Of a stretch of 64,000 nucleotides of DNA, positions 36,383 through 46,012 are shown piece after piece. The notes beneath the pieces were generated by a model. That model did no database searches. It was not told the origin of the DNA and saw nothing but the letters and a program-made list of their open reading frames with translations. Source of the DNA: an uncultured bacterium (lineage in GTDB: Bacteria; Desulfobacterota; GWC2-55-46); contig CAJPGC010000034.1 in NCBI GenBank assembly GCA_905339405.1, positions 3,052-67,051 of the forward strand, in the 5' to 3' direction. The stretch's first letter is position 1. Every line of letters starts with the position of its first letter. A program made the translations under genes and the position numbers.

Positions 36383-37582
36383 ATGAAAAGCCTCTTCAAG
36401 GGCGTTCTGTTCGCGTCCGCTGCGCTTTTGCTCGGCGCGGGCTGCGCCAAGCCTGTAGTGAAGTGCCCGTCCCCAGGGGACAGCCCTCAGCACCATTACA
36501 TTGCGGGCATGGAGCTCCTCGAGCAGGGAAGCCTTGAGGAGGCCGCCTCGAAGTTCGAGCGGGCCTCTTTTTGCGACGGGGAATACGGCCCGGCCCACGC
36601 CGGAGCCGCTCTCGCGGCCGTATTGAAGGCAAAGGAAGTAGCTGACCCTGATTACAGGAAGATAGACCTTGAAAAGGCCGCCGAGCGAATGAAGGCCGCC
36701 TGGAAGAATTCCAGGACCCCTGAAGACAAGGCCGCCTATCATCTCGCGTCAATGCGCATGGAGACCGCCCTCAAGCAAGGTGACTGGCTCGAAGGGGTTG
36801 AAGACGCCAAAAAAGCCGCCGTAAAGCTCGATACAGACGAGGAGAAGTTCCTTTATTACAAGGTGCCGGAGGCGGCCGATTATTTCATGGGCAGAGCGTA
36901 CCTCGAGGCCGGGGAGTTCCAGAAGTCGAGGGACAGCTTCGGCGCTGTCTTGAACGCCCGTTCTTCGGGCAAGTGGCACGGCGCTGCCGACAAGGCGTGG
37001 AAGCGGACCGACAAGGTCGTAAGGGCGCTTTCCGGCATGACCCTCGGGGACGCAGGAAAGAGGATAGCGGTGCAGGAGAGCGTCACCAGGGCCGAGATGT
37101 CCGCGCTCCTCGTCGACGAGCTTAAAATAGATAAACTCTTCGCCGGACGCATTCCTGCAAAGCCCAGGGACGGCGGTTTCGTCCCCATGGACCTCAACTC
37201 AAGCCCGTTCAGGGAAGAGGCCGCTACCCTCATTAAATGGAACGTCCGGGGGCTCGAGCCCTCGTATGACGCTTCAACGAGGGCGTACCTCTTCAGGCCG
37301 GAGGAGCCCGTGAAGAGAAAAGAACTCGCGATGGTCCTCGAGGACGTTGTCGTGAAGCTCACCGGAGACGAAGGCGCCTCTTCGGCCTTCCTGGGCCACC
37401 GTGCTTCGCCGTTCCCGGACATAGAGCCGACTTCGGCGTGGTATAACGCCACAATGAGCGTGACCACGAGGAACATGATGGAAACGGAACTTACAGGCGA
37501 GTTCAGGCCGGATGACGTGGTCGACGGCGCTGAAGCCGTCATGGCGATAAGGGCGTTGAAGTACAGGCTGAACATCAATTAG
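36383..37582 (+). CDS. Lipoprotein with TPR-like repeats and C-terminal SLH-like motifs
   Basis: Lipobox GAG|C; YFMGRAYLEAGEF..S...F; VTRAEMS, FRPEEPVKRKELA, FPDI...AWY, FRPDD.V.GAEA. Confidence 0.75.
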   Translation: MKSLFKGVLFASAALLLGAGCAKPVVKCPSPGDSPQHHYIAGMELLEQGSLEEAASKFERASFCDGEYGPAHAGAALAAVLKAKEVADPDYRKIDLEKAAERMKAAWKNSRTPEDKAAYHLASMRMETALKQGDWLEGVEDAKKAAVKLDTDEEKFLYYKVPEAADYFMGRAYLEAGEFQKSRDSFGAVLNARSSGKWHGAADKAWKRTDKVVRALSGMTLGDAGKRIAVQESVTRAEMSALLVDELKIDKLFAGRIPAKPRDGGFVPMDLNSSPFREEAATLIKWNVRGLEPSYDASTRAYLFRPEEPVKRKELAMVLEDVVVKLTGDEGASSAFLGHRASPFPDIEPTSAWYNATMSVTTRNMMETELTGEFRPDDVVDGAEAVMAIRALKYRLNIN

Positions 37583-37596
37583 CCAGGAGGCTTGCA

Positions 37597-38412
37597 ATGA
37601 GAAAACTCCTTCTTTTAACGCTCCTTTTCCTCCTTGCGGCTTTTCCTGCGCACGGCGAAACTCCCCGGGAGACCAGGGACGCCAATGAGGCCTTCGTGAA
37701 CGGAGCCATAGTCGTCAAGGGCGAAGGCGCTTCCCCGCAGGGCTTTTTCACCGTCGCGCAAAAAAGGATAATGGCCCTGAGGGCGGCAAAGGCTGGCGCG
37801 TTCAGGGAGACGGCGGAGATACTCGACGGCGTGACAGTCTCGGGCGAGACGACGGTGCTGAACGCCTCCGCGGAATCGGACGTCGTCAGGACGAGCGCGG
37901 AAGGCATAGTGAAGGGCGCAACCGTTGTAAAAGAAGAGTACGACCCTGTAACCGGCATTGCGGCAGTATACCTTTCAGTGCCTATGCAGGGGGTGGCGGC
38001 GGCCCTTGTTCCGCAGTTCTCAGGCATGGTCTCGGCTGTCCCGGCATATTCCCCGGGGATGAACGCTTCCACTGCAGGCTACGACGGGCTAATAGTAGAC
38101 GTACGCGGCCTCAAGTTCAAGCCGGCCCTTTTCAACAGGGTCCTTTCCAAGAACGGCGAAGCCCTTTTCGACCCTGCCAGGACAGGGCAGGGCGCATCCG
38201 GCGGAGCGATGGCCGCGTACACCAACAGCCTGACAGACGCGAGGGCCATCCTTACCAAAAAGGGCTCGGCAAACCCGCTTGTCGTCAAGGCCTCGGCGGT
38301 GGCGGCGTCGACCGACGCCGAGCTCGGCCCCATTGAGGCGGCCGCGGTCTTCTATTCCAACCAGAACCCCAGGTTCCTCGAGGCGGCCAAAGTGGTTTTC
38401 GTCCTCGATTGA
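37597..38412 (+). CDS. Exported LPP20-like hypothetical protein
   Basis: Signal peptide AHG|E; ALRAAK.GAFRE.AE..DGV.VSGETTV; YDGLIVDVRGL; KVVFVLD tail. Confidence 0.7.
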   Translation: MRKLLLLTLLFLLAAFPAHGETPRETRDANEAFVNGAIVVKGEGASPQGFFTVAQKRIMALRAAKAGAFRETAEILDGVTVSGETTVLNASAESDVVRTSAEGIVKGATVVKEEYDPVTGIAAVYLSVPMQGVAAALVPQFSGMVSAVPAYSPGMNASTAGYDGLIVDVRGLKFKPALFNRVLSKNGEALFDPARTGQGASGGAMAAYTNSLTDARAILTKKGSANPLVVKASAVAASTDAELGPIEAAAVFYSNQNPRFLEAAKVVFVLD

Positions 38413-38448
38413 GTCCGCGTAAATAATCAAAACTCCAGGGAGGCATGC

Positions 38449-39180
38449 GTGAAAAAGCTCGGGGCACTATTGTTTCTGGCAACTCTTTTTACCGCGTCAA
38501 ACGCCTTCGCCGTCGTCGACGTCGAAGGCAGGTACTGGCTTACCACCATGGACGACGAGATCAGATCAGGGGCCTCGGGGACGGACATCAACCTGGTCGA
38601 CGACCTCAGGGTCGACGACAAGGAGAACTTTTTCGATTTGAGGGCCACCCTCGAGCTCGGCAGCCACAAGCTCCGCTACGGGTATATGCCCTTGAGCTGG
38701 GAAGGGGCAACTACTACCGGCGCTCCCATTAACTTCGGAGGCGTGGTCTTCCCTGCGGCTGCCACGAGCACGAAACTCGACATCGACTACCACCGCCTCG
38801 GCTACGAATACGATATAATAGATACTTTGAACAACCGTCTCGGGGTCATATTCGAGATAAAATACTTTGACATCGACGCGAGCCTCTCTTCTCCAGGCCT
38901 CGCACAGACCGCGAGCGTGAAGGCCCCTGTGCCCACTATTGGGGTTGCCGCCCAGGTAGGGCTGCCCTTCCTTCTGAGCGTCGGTGGAGAGGTCACCGGT
39001 ATAAGCCTCGGCTCGGCTGCCTGGCTCGTTGACGCTGAAGCCGGCGTGAACTTCAAGCCAGCTCCTTTCGTGGTCGTCTCTGGCGGGTACAGGCTCCTGA
39101 AGTTCCATTTCGATTATGACGACGACCTTGTAGATATTTCGGTCAACGGGCCGTTCGTCATGCTGAGGGCCGATTTCTGA
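38449..39180 (+). CDS. Outer-membrane beta-barrel protein
   Basis: Signal peptide AFA|V; amphipathic strands; GGYR; GPFVMLRADF with terminal Phe. Confidence 0.82.
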   Translation: MKKLGALLFLATLFTASNAFAVVDVEGRYWLTTMDDEIRSGASGTDINLVDDLRVDDKENFFDLRATLELGSHKLRYGYMPLSWEGATTTGAPINFGGVVFPAAATSTKLDIDYHRLGYEYDIIDTLNNRLGVIFEIKYFDIDASLSSPGLAQTASVKAPVPTIGVAAQVGLPFLLSVGGEVTGISLGSAAWLVDAEAGVNFKPAPFVVVSGGYRLLKFHFDYDDDLVDISVNGPFVMLRADF

Positions 39181-39191
39181 AGCCGAGTTGT

Positions 39192-39222
39192 ACAGAGGGA
39201 GCCACTTGTGGGCTCCCTCTGT
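39192..39222 (+). terminator. Hairpin ending the envelope operon
   Basis: ACAGAGGGAGCC-ACTTGTG-GGCTCCCTCTGT; weak U-tract. Confidence 0.6.
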
Positions 39223-39235
39223 GAATTTGTTCATT

Positions 39236-39356
39236 TTCATGCCTGAAACTATCCATCTGCTTTGTCAGGGCTGCGGGTCTGAATCCTCACATACTTCAAA
39301 GTATGTGAGGTTCAGCCCCTTGCCCTTCCTTGCATCTTGATGTTTCGAGGCATGAA
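39236..39356. repeat. ~120 bp palindromic element related to families A and B
   Basis: TTCATGCCT.GAAAC / GTTTCGAGGCATGAA ends; central CCTCACATACTT-CA-AAGTATGTGAGG; CCATCTGCTTTGT shared with B, GTCAGGG and CCCTTCCTTG shared with A. Confidence 0.72.
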
Positions 39357-39815
39357 GTAATATAACCAGCTAAATACCGGCGTTTTCTTCAAAAAAGGTC
39401 CTCTCAAGAACTCTCAGGGCTTTTGAAAGGCACGTTTCCCGTCATCTCGTCTGGTTTCCCCGTTTACAGCTAGCACCCTGATTTTTGCTTTTTTGCATCC
39501 TGGCCAGTGTGACCCGGGGCGGGCGTCCTGTTTTTGATATAACCTTTTAGAAGGAGTTCCCTGAGCGGAAGCGGGCTGTATGCGGCTGGTCAATTGGGCA
39601 GGCTTTTATAGAATATTTTTGATTTTGGAATGATTATGGTTTATAAATAAGAATTTCATGTCAGAGGGGCCCCCTTTTTGGCGGGGCAGGGTTAAAGTGT
39701 CAAGGCGGCGCGCCGGACGGCCGATGAGTCTGAATGGCCGCCAATTCGCTTGCGTGTGGCCATGTGTTCAATTCAGGAAGCCGTGAAGTAAAGCCCTAAA
39801 AGGGTTCGGAGAGAA

Positions 39816-40880
39816 ATGAAGCCCAGAATATTAGCGGTAGACGACGACGAGAGGAACCTGGCGCTCCTTACCGCCAAGCTCGAGCGGGAAGGCTATGAGC
39901 TCGACACGGCCAGGAACGGCGTTGAAGCGCTCCAGAAGGTAGCCGTTTTCCTTCCCGACCTCATCATAATGGACGTCATGATGCCCCAGATGGACGGCTA
40001 TGAGGCATTAAGGCACCTGAAATCGAGGGAAGAGACCAGGTACATCCCCGTCATAATGCTGACCGGCAGGGCTGAGATAGAAGACAAGGTCCTGGGCTTC
40101 GAGGTAGGGGCCGAGGATTACATCAACAAGCCTTACAGCCTTCAGGAGGTCGCGGCCCGTGTAAAGTCGCTCCTTCGCATGCGCTCTCTGCAGACCAAGC
40201 TCCGCGAGACAGAGAAGGTCGCAGCGCTCGGCGAGATGGTCGACGGCATAGCCCACGAGATAAGAAACCCCCTTACCGCAATAGGCGGCATGGCCAGGCG
40301 TCTCTATGAGGGAGAGGCGGACCCGCAGCACAAGGAGTACGCCCAGTGGATAATAAGGTCGGTCGAGCGGCTCGAGAGAATGCTCCAGAGGATAGACGAA
40401 TATAAGAGGATACTCGTCTCCACCCTGTCGAAGGGCGACATAAATATGGCGGTGGAGGCCGCCGTAAAGGACGTAAAGGACTTCATAGATGGCCACGGAA
40501 AGCAGATATCCGTGAAGATGAGCCTCATGCCAGAGCCTCCGCCGGTGAACTATGATTACGGCAACATGAAGACCGCCCTCCTCAACATCCTCCAGAACTC
40601 GGTGGAGGCGATAATGGGGGAGGGCGCGATAACCGTCGAGACGCTCCCGATGGCTGACGAGACGATAGCCATAAGGGTGACGGACACAGGCATAGGCATG
40701 GAAAAAGAGGAGATAAGGAAGATATTCAACCCCTTCCAGTCTACCAAGTTCGAGGGTGCCGGGCTGGGACTGACGATAACCTACAGGATTATACAGGACC
40801 ACGGCGGGGAGATAGAGGTTGAGAGCACAAAGGGCTCCGGCACGGCAGTCACGGTGAGGCTCCATCCCGCCAAGCAATAA
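39816..40880 (+). CDS. Cytoplasmic hybrid receiver-histidine kinase
   Basis: ILAVDDD, MDVMMPQMDG, YINKP; AHEIRNPL, NILQNS, DTGIG, GAGLGL. Confidence 0.93.
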   Translation: MKPRILAVDDDERNLALLTAKLEREGYELDTARNGVEALQKVAVFLPDLIIMDVMMPQMDGYEALRHLKSREETRYIPVIMLTGRAEIEDKVLGFEVGAEDYINKPYSLQEVAARVKSLLRMRSLQTKLRETEKVAALGEMVDGIAHEIRNPLTAIGGMARRLYEGEADPQHKEYAQWIIRSVERLERMLQRIDEYKRILVSTLSKGDINMAVEAAVKDVKDFIDGHGKQISVKMSLMPEPPPVNYDYGNMKTALLNILQNSVEAIMGEGAITVETLPMADETIAIRVTDTGIGMEKEEIRKIFNPFQSTKFEGAGLGLTITYRIIQDHGGEIEVESTKGSGTAVTVRLHPAKQ

Positions 40881-40892
40881 ATCTCTGGTTTT

Positions 40893-42485
40893 TCAGATTG
40901 TTACGACTGTATCCTTAAGGAACTTCTCATCGCGTTCTGGATAGTCGGTGTTGTAATGTAGCCCGCGCGATTCCTTTCTCTGGCGGGCTGATTTTATTAT
41001 GAGTTCGGCGACGGTTGCGATGTTGCGCAGCTCGACCAGGTTGCTCGTTATGGTGAAGTCCCAGTAGTACTCGTTTATCTCGTTCTTCAGGAGGTTTATC
41101 CTCCGCTCGGCCCTCTCCAGGCGCTTGTCCGTCCTTACTATGCCAACGTAGTTCCACATGAAACGGCGTATCTCGTCCCAGTTCTGGGTTATGACCACGG
41201 CCTCTTCGCTCACGACGGCACCGCCGGTCTGCCAGGCCGGGATGGCCGGGACCCCGGCCTTTTCAGCCCTGACCATATTGACCGCGTGATTTGATGCCCG
41301 TTCAGCGAATACCAGTGCTTCCAGCAGAGAGTTGGAGGCGAGCCTGTTAGCGCCGTGCAGGCCGGTGCAGGCCGTCTCTCCAATAGCGTAGAGGCCCTTG
41401 ACGCTGGTTTGGCCGTCGGCGTCGGTTTTGACCCCGCCGCAGGTGTAATGCGCGGCCGGCACCACCGGGAGCGGCTCTTTTGTCATGTCGAAGCCGAATT
41501 CCATGCATTTGGCGTATATGTTCGGGAACCTGTCCCTGACGAAGCTCGCGGGCTTGTCCGTAATGTCGAGGTAGACGCAGTCGTCTCCGCTTTTTTTGAG
41601 CTCGCTGTCTATTGCCCTGGCTACTATGTCCCTGGGAGCGAGGTCGGCCATGGGGTGGTGGGCCTTCATGAAGGCCGTCCCGTCCTTGAGGCGCAGCACC
41701 GCTCCTTCGCCGCGCACCGCCTCTGATATGAGGAAGCTCTTGGCCCTGGAATGGTACAGGCAGGTCGGGTGGAACTGGATGAACTCCATGTTCGCTATCT
41801 TCGCGCCGACCCTGTAGCTCATGGCTATGCCGTCGCCGGTGGCAATGTCCGGGTTGCTGGTATAAAGGTACACTTTCCCGGCCCCGCCGGTTGCGAGCAC
41901 GGTCGCCTTCGAAAGGAATGTATGTACCAACCCGGTCTCCTTGTCGAGGGCGTACGCCCCCCAGACAGATTCCTGTCCGGAGGAGGCCACGAACTTGGAG
42001 TGGGAGATGAGGTCTACCGCGATGTGGTTCTCGTAAACGGTTATGTTGGGGTTGGACCTTACGGCGTCGACCAGCGCCTGCTCCACGGCCCGGCCAGTGA
42101 GGTCCTCGGCGTGGACGATCCTCCTCTTGGAATGGCCTCCTTCCTTGCCGAGGTCGAGCCCGGCCCCCTTGCCGGACCTCTCGGAGAACTTCACCCCGAG
42201 CTCGATGAGCTCGTTTATCCTCGCTGGGCCGTCCTTTACGACCATCTCGACGATATCAGTGTCGCACAGGCCAGCTCCGGCGTAGAGGGTGTCTTTGATG
42301 TGCGCCTCGAAGGTGTCCTCCTCGCTCAAGACAGAGGCTATGCCGCCCTGTGCATAAAACGTCGCTGATTCCGCTATGTTCCGTTTGGTCAAAAGCGCGA
42401 CGCGGCCGCTTCTGGCCGCTTTCAGGGCGAAGTCGAGGCCGGCTATGCCGCTTCCTATGACGAGGAAATCGGACCTTACTTCCAA
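40893..42485 (-). CDS. nadB: L-aspartate oxidase
   Basis: VIGSGIAG, YAQGGIA, EGGHSKRRIVH, EFIQFHPT, LISEAVRGEG, AHYTCGG, GLHGANRLASNSLLE, ESRGLH. Confidence 0.97.
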   Translation of the reverse strand: MEVRSDFLVIGSGIAGLDFALKAARSGRVALLTKRNIAESATFYAQGGIASVLSEEDTFEAHIKDTLYAGAGLCDTDIVEMVVKDGPARINELIELGVKFSERSGKGAGLDLGKEGGHSKRRIVHAEDLTGRAVEQALVDAVRSNPNITVYENHIAVDLISHSKFVASSGQESVWGAYALDKETGLVHTFLSKATVLATGGAGKVYLYTSNPDIATGDGIAMSYRVGAKIANMEFIQFHPTCLYHSRAKSFLISEAVRGEGAVLRLKDGTAFMKAHHPMADLAPRDIVARAIDSELKKSGDDCVYLDITDKPASFVRDRFPNIYAKCMEFGFDMTKEPLPVVPAAHYTCGGVKTDADGQTSVKGLYAIGETACTGLHGANRLASNSLLEALVFAERASNHAVNMVRAEKAGVPAIPAWQTGGAVVSEEAVVITQNWDEIRRFMWNYVGIVRTDKRLERAERRINLLKNEINEYYWDFTITSNLVELRNIATVAELIIKSARQRKESRGLHYNTDYPERDEKFLKDTVVTI

Positions 42486-42623
42486 GGGGGGCTCCTTTAT
42501 GGTGAAAAAAACTAAATGTTCTGCAGGTTTGGACGATATGTGGAACAGCAGTAAAGATTAATGCAAGCCCCTGGTTTTGTCAATTTATAAATGAAATTCG
42601 GCGCGTGATGTGACAAAAAGTCC

Positions 42624-42652
42624 TTGCCCTTTTGGCACCTGCATTGTAGACT
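42624..42652 (+). promoter_or_regulatory. sigma70-type promoter for slt-pgsA
   Basis: TTGCCC-17 nt-TAGACT. Confidence 0.45.
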
Positions 42653-42745
42653 ATCTCAAGGAATTCTGAAGGTTTGTAGCCCGAGGGGCACGCTTTTCAC
42701 CAGTCAGGCCTTTTCCCTCGCGCAACAGACCCCAGGCAAAACGCC

Positions 42746-43348
42746 ATGAAAAAAACGATAACCATAGCCTTTCTCATAACGGCTTTTTTCGCTGGCGCTT
42801 CCGGCGCCAGGGCCGACTTTTTCCAGTACACCGACGACGCCGGGGTTGTGCACATCACGAACGTCCCGACCTCCAAGAAGTACAAATGGATGATGGAGGA
42901 GAGAAGGCTTTCGGTCCTTTCCCCCATGAACCCGGCCTACAAGAAGATATCGAAGCAGAAGTTCGACGAGATGATAAGCAACGCGGCCGCCAGGTACGGC
43001 ATAGACCCGCACCTTGTGAGGGCCATCGTGAAGGCCGAGAGCGACTACGATGAAAAGGCCGTCTCCAAGAAGGGCGCGACCGGTCTCATGCAGCTAATGC
43101 CCGCCACTGCAACGAGGATGGGGGTTAAGAACATCCACGACCCCGAGGACAACGTCGAGGGCGGCATAAAGTACCTGTCCAAGCTCTTGAAGATGTTCGA
43201 CTGGCAGGTCCCGCTTGCCGTCGCGGCGTACAACGCCGGAGAGAACGCGGTCGTGAAGTACGGCAACAGGATACCGCCTTACAACGAGACGCAGACCTAC
43301 GTCAAGAGGGTGCTCCACTACTACAAAGATTACAAGGGCTCCGACTGA
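42746..43348 (+). CDS. Lytic transglycosylase (SLT) with DUF4124-like N-terminus
   Basis: YTDDAGVVHITNVP; AIVKAES, GATGLMQLMP.TA, AAYNAG, ETQTYV. Confidence 0.93.
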   Translation: MKKTITIAFLITAFFAGASGARADFFQYTDDAGVVHITNVPTSKKYKWMMEERRLSVLSPMNPAYKKISKQKFDEMISNAAARYGIDPHLVRAIVKAESDYDEKAVSKKGATGLMQLMPATATRMGVKNIHDPEDNVEGGIKYLSKLLKMFDWQVPLAVAAYNAGENAVVKYGNRIPPYNETQTYVKRVLHYYKDYKGSD

Positions 43349-43911
43349 TGCGCACCTCAGGCGCCCTGAACCTCCCAAACAGCATATCCCTCATCAGGAT
43401 AGGCATGACCCCGGTCCTGGTGGTCATGCTCCTTTCGCCGGGGCCGACGATGTCGCTCGTGTCGGCGGTGATATTCGTGCTCGTGTGCGCCACCGACTGG
43501 CTTGACGGCTACATCGCCCGTAAAAAGGGCATAATAACCTCCCTGGGCAAGTTCCTCGACCCGCTGGCCGACAAGCTCCTCATTACCGCGGCTTTCATCA
43601 TGCTCATCCCGCTCGGCAGGGTGCCTGCCTGGGTCGTGGCTTTGATGATAGGCAGGGAGATAGCCGTGACCGGGCTGAGGGCCATAGCGGTCGACTCCGG
43701 AGTGGTAATAGCGGCAAGCCAGCTCGGCAAGCTCAAGACCGTCGCCCAGATAGTCTGCCTCGTGCCCCTCATAGTCCACTACCCCTGGGGCGGAGTGGAC
43801 TTCCAGGCCATTGGGACAGTCCTCCTTTACGCCGCCTTCGCCCTTACGATGTGGTCGGGCCTCGACTATTTCCTCGGTTTTTTCAGGGCCGGCGCTTCTT
43901 CTCAAAATTGA
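43348..43911 (+). CDS. pgsA: CDP-diacylglycerol--glycerol-3-phosphate 3-phosphatidyltransferase
   Basis: NLPNSISLIR, TDWLDGYIARK..IT.LGKFLDPLADK, GREIAVTGLR, GKLKT. Confidence 0.95.
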   Translation: MRTSGALNLPNSISLIRIGMTPVLVVMLLSPGPTMSLVSAVIFVLVCATDWLDGYIARKKGIITSLGKFLDPLADKLLITAAFIMLIPLGRVPAWVVALMIGREIAVTGLRAIAVDSGVVIAASQLGKLKTVAQIVCLVPLIVHYPWGGVDFQAIGTVLLYAAFALTMWSGLDYFLGFFRAGASSQN

Positions 43912-43936
43912 CAAAAACCTCCCGGCAGGGTAGAAT
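43908..43936 (+). promoter_or_regulatory. sigma70 promoter for the sensor kinase
   Basis: TTGACA-17 nt-TAGAAT. Confidence 0.7.
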
Positions 43937-44015
43937 CCTTCAATCCCCGCGCATCCTGAATCCGCATCCTGAAACCTTGTCCTTCTAAATCCAAGAGGGC
44001 TATGGGTTCTCCTTT

Positions 44016-45965
44016 ATGCGCCTCAAGCTTTCCAACAGTTTCATATTCCTCATAGGCGCCGTCCTCCTGGCCGGCATCACAACCCTCTTTTTTTTCGATT
44101 ACAGGTCCGACACCCTGCTCCTCGAGGAGATGGGCGTCGGAGAAGCGAGGAAGCTCGCCAACGCCATTTTCGATCAATTGCATACCTCGATGAGGCTCGG
44201 CGGAGGCCGTCTCGAGAACCGGGCGATAATGGAACGGTTCAGGAAGATAGAGGGCATAGAGGAGATACGGGTAATCCACGGCTCCGCCGTTGACAGCGAG
44301 TACGGCATGGAAGATGACGAGCTCCCGGTCGACGCCCTCGACAGGGCCGCCCTCGGCGGCAGCCAGCCTGAAAGCGTGACCAGGTCTCCGTCCGGGTACA
44401 AGGTCGCCAGGACGGTCATGCCTTTCCTGTACGATAAAAGCTGCATGAAGTGCCATTCCGGCAGGATAGGAGACGTCTCGGGCGCGGTCTCGGTGACCGT
44501 GTCGATGAAGGATTACGAGAGCATCATCTGGAGCCACAGGATAAAGTTCTTCGTCTGGGGCGGCGGCATACTGCTCGCGACTTCCCTTTCTGTCCTTTTG
44601 CTCGTCCACAGGAGGCTGCTGGAGCCGCTGGATAAGCTGAGGCGCGGGGCGGTGGAGCTGGCCCACGGCAGGTTCGACTACAGGGTGGGGATCGCCTCCG
44701 GTGACGAGTTCGAGGAGCTTGGCAAGGCGTTCGACGGCATGGCCGCCTCTCTGTCGGCAGTCTCCGAAGACCTCCGTGAGCTCGGCGGCAAGTACTCCAG
44801 GCTCGTTGACATGGCCGCGGATGCCATACTCCTGCGTGACCTGGAGACAGGGCTGTACTCCGAGGTGAACCAGGCCGCTCTCGTGCTCTCGGGCTACTCC
44901 CGCGACGAGCTTCTGGGCAAGGGCCCCAGGGACCTGTTCCCGCTCAATAAGCTCTCCGAGTACAACCTCGCGGTGCGCCGCTGGGTACATGACGAGAAGG
45001 GCTATCTCCATGACGCGATGGTCTTGAAGAAGGACGGCTTCCTGGTGCCGGTCGAGATAGCGGCATCCCTCATAGAGATAAAGGGCAGGCAGTACCTGCA
45101 GGAGATATGGAGGGACATATCCGAGAGGAAAGGGCTGGAGGAGACAATAAGGCGCCAAATCGGGGTCCTGGAGGAGATGGTCAAGGTGAGGACCTCCGAG
45201 CTCGGGAGCTCGGTAAAGGAGCTCGAGGAGGCGTACAGGAAGCTACAGAGCTCCGAGCAGATGCTCATTCAGTCGGCCAAGCTCATATCCCTGGGCGAGA
45301 TGGGCGCTGGCATCGCCCATGAGCTCAACAGCCCTCTTGCCGGGATACTCAGCATCACTGAAGTGCTCCTGTCCCGGACGTCTAAGGAAGACAGGAACTA
45401 CTTCCTTTTCGAGAAAATACGGGACGCCGCCGTAAGGTCCAAGTACATCATCCTCGACATGCTCACCTATTCCAGGCCCACGAGGGAAGGGTTCGCGCCC
45501 ATATACCTGAACGAGTGCATACGTGCCACGCTGACCATATTCACCTCTGAGGTAAAGACCAAATCCATCGAGATAGCCGAGAAGTTCGACCCCGAGCTCC
45601 CGAAGGTGCTGGGGAACAAGGGGCAGCTGATGGAAGTCGTCCTGAACATCCTGAAGAACGCCAGGGACGCCATGAGCGGGTCAGGGACGGTCTTCATATC
45701 GACTTCGGCGATCGAGGAGAACGGGAAGCCCTTTGCCGTGGCCGAGTTCAGGGACACCGGCACAGGCATACCTGACGGCGTGAAAGACCAGATTTTCGAC
45801 CCTTTTTTCACCACGAAGGAGAAGGGCGGCGGGCACAACATAGGCCTGGGGCTTTCGATATCGCACAGCATAATAAAGGAGCACGGCGGCAGGATAGAGG
45901 CGGCTAACAGCCCTGAAGGTGGAGCAGTCTTCCGCGTTTATCTACCTGTTTACATGGGCGGTTAA
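44016..45965 (+). CDS. Membrane sensor histidine kinase with periplasmic CxxCH, HAMP and PAS domains
   Basis: TM-periplasmic domain with SCMKCH-TM; PLDKLR..DEFEEL.KAFD (HAMP); VNQAA..LSGYSRDEL (PAS); AHELNSPL, NILKNARDA, DTGTG, FDPFFTTK. Confidence 0.92.
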   Translation: MRLKLSNSFIFLIGAVLLAGITTLFFFDYRSDTLLLEEMGVGEARKLANAIFDQLHTSMRLGGGRLENRAIMERFRKIEGIEEIRVIHGSAVDSEYGMEDDELPVDALDRAALGGSQPESVTRSPSGYKVARTVMPFLYDKSCMKCHSGRIGDVSGAVSVTVSMKDYESIIWSHRIKFFVWGGGILLATSLSVLLLVHRRLLEPLDKLRRGAVELAHGRFDYRVGIASGDEFEELGKAFDGMAASLSAVSEDLRELGGKYSRLVDMAADAILLRDLETGLYSEVNQAALVLSGYSRDELLGKGPRDLFPLNKLSEYNLAVRRWVHDEKGYLHDAMVLKKDGFLVPVEIAASLIEIKGRQYLQEIWRDISERKGLEETIRRQIGVLEEMVKVRTSELGSSVKELEEAYRKLQSSEQMLIQSAKLISLGEMGAGIAHELNSPLAGILSITEVLLSRTSKEDRNYFLFEKIRDAAVRSKYIILDMLTYSRPTREGFAPIYLNECIRATLTIFTSEVKTKSIEIAEKFDPELPKVLGNKGQLMEVVLNILKNARDAMSGSGTVFISTSAIEENGKPFAVAEFRDTGTGIPDGVKDQIFDPFFTTKEKGGGHNIGLGLSISHSIIKEHGGRIEAANSPEGGAVFRVYLPVYMGG

Positions 45966-45971
45966 AAGCGC

Positions 45972-45998
45972 TTAAGGCTATTGGAAATGAGCCGATAA
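45972..45998 (+). promoter_or_regulatory. sigma28 (FliA)-type promoter
   Basis: TTAAGGCT-11 nt-GCCGATAA (exact -10 consensus, correct spacing), followed by AGGAGG. Confidence 0.6.
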
Positions 45999-46012
45999 GA
46001 TAGGAGGTTCGA

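Noticed and set aside
42633..42648. sigma54 promoter TGGCAC-N5-TTGTA upstream of slt
   Set aside because: The -12 GC is GT, and an overlapping sigma70 match with 17 nt spacing fits better.
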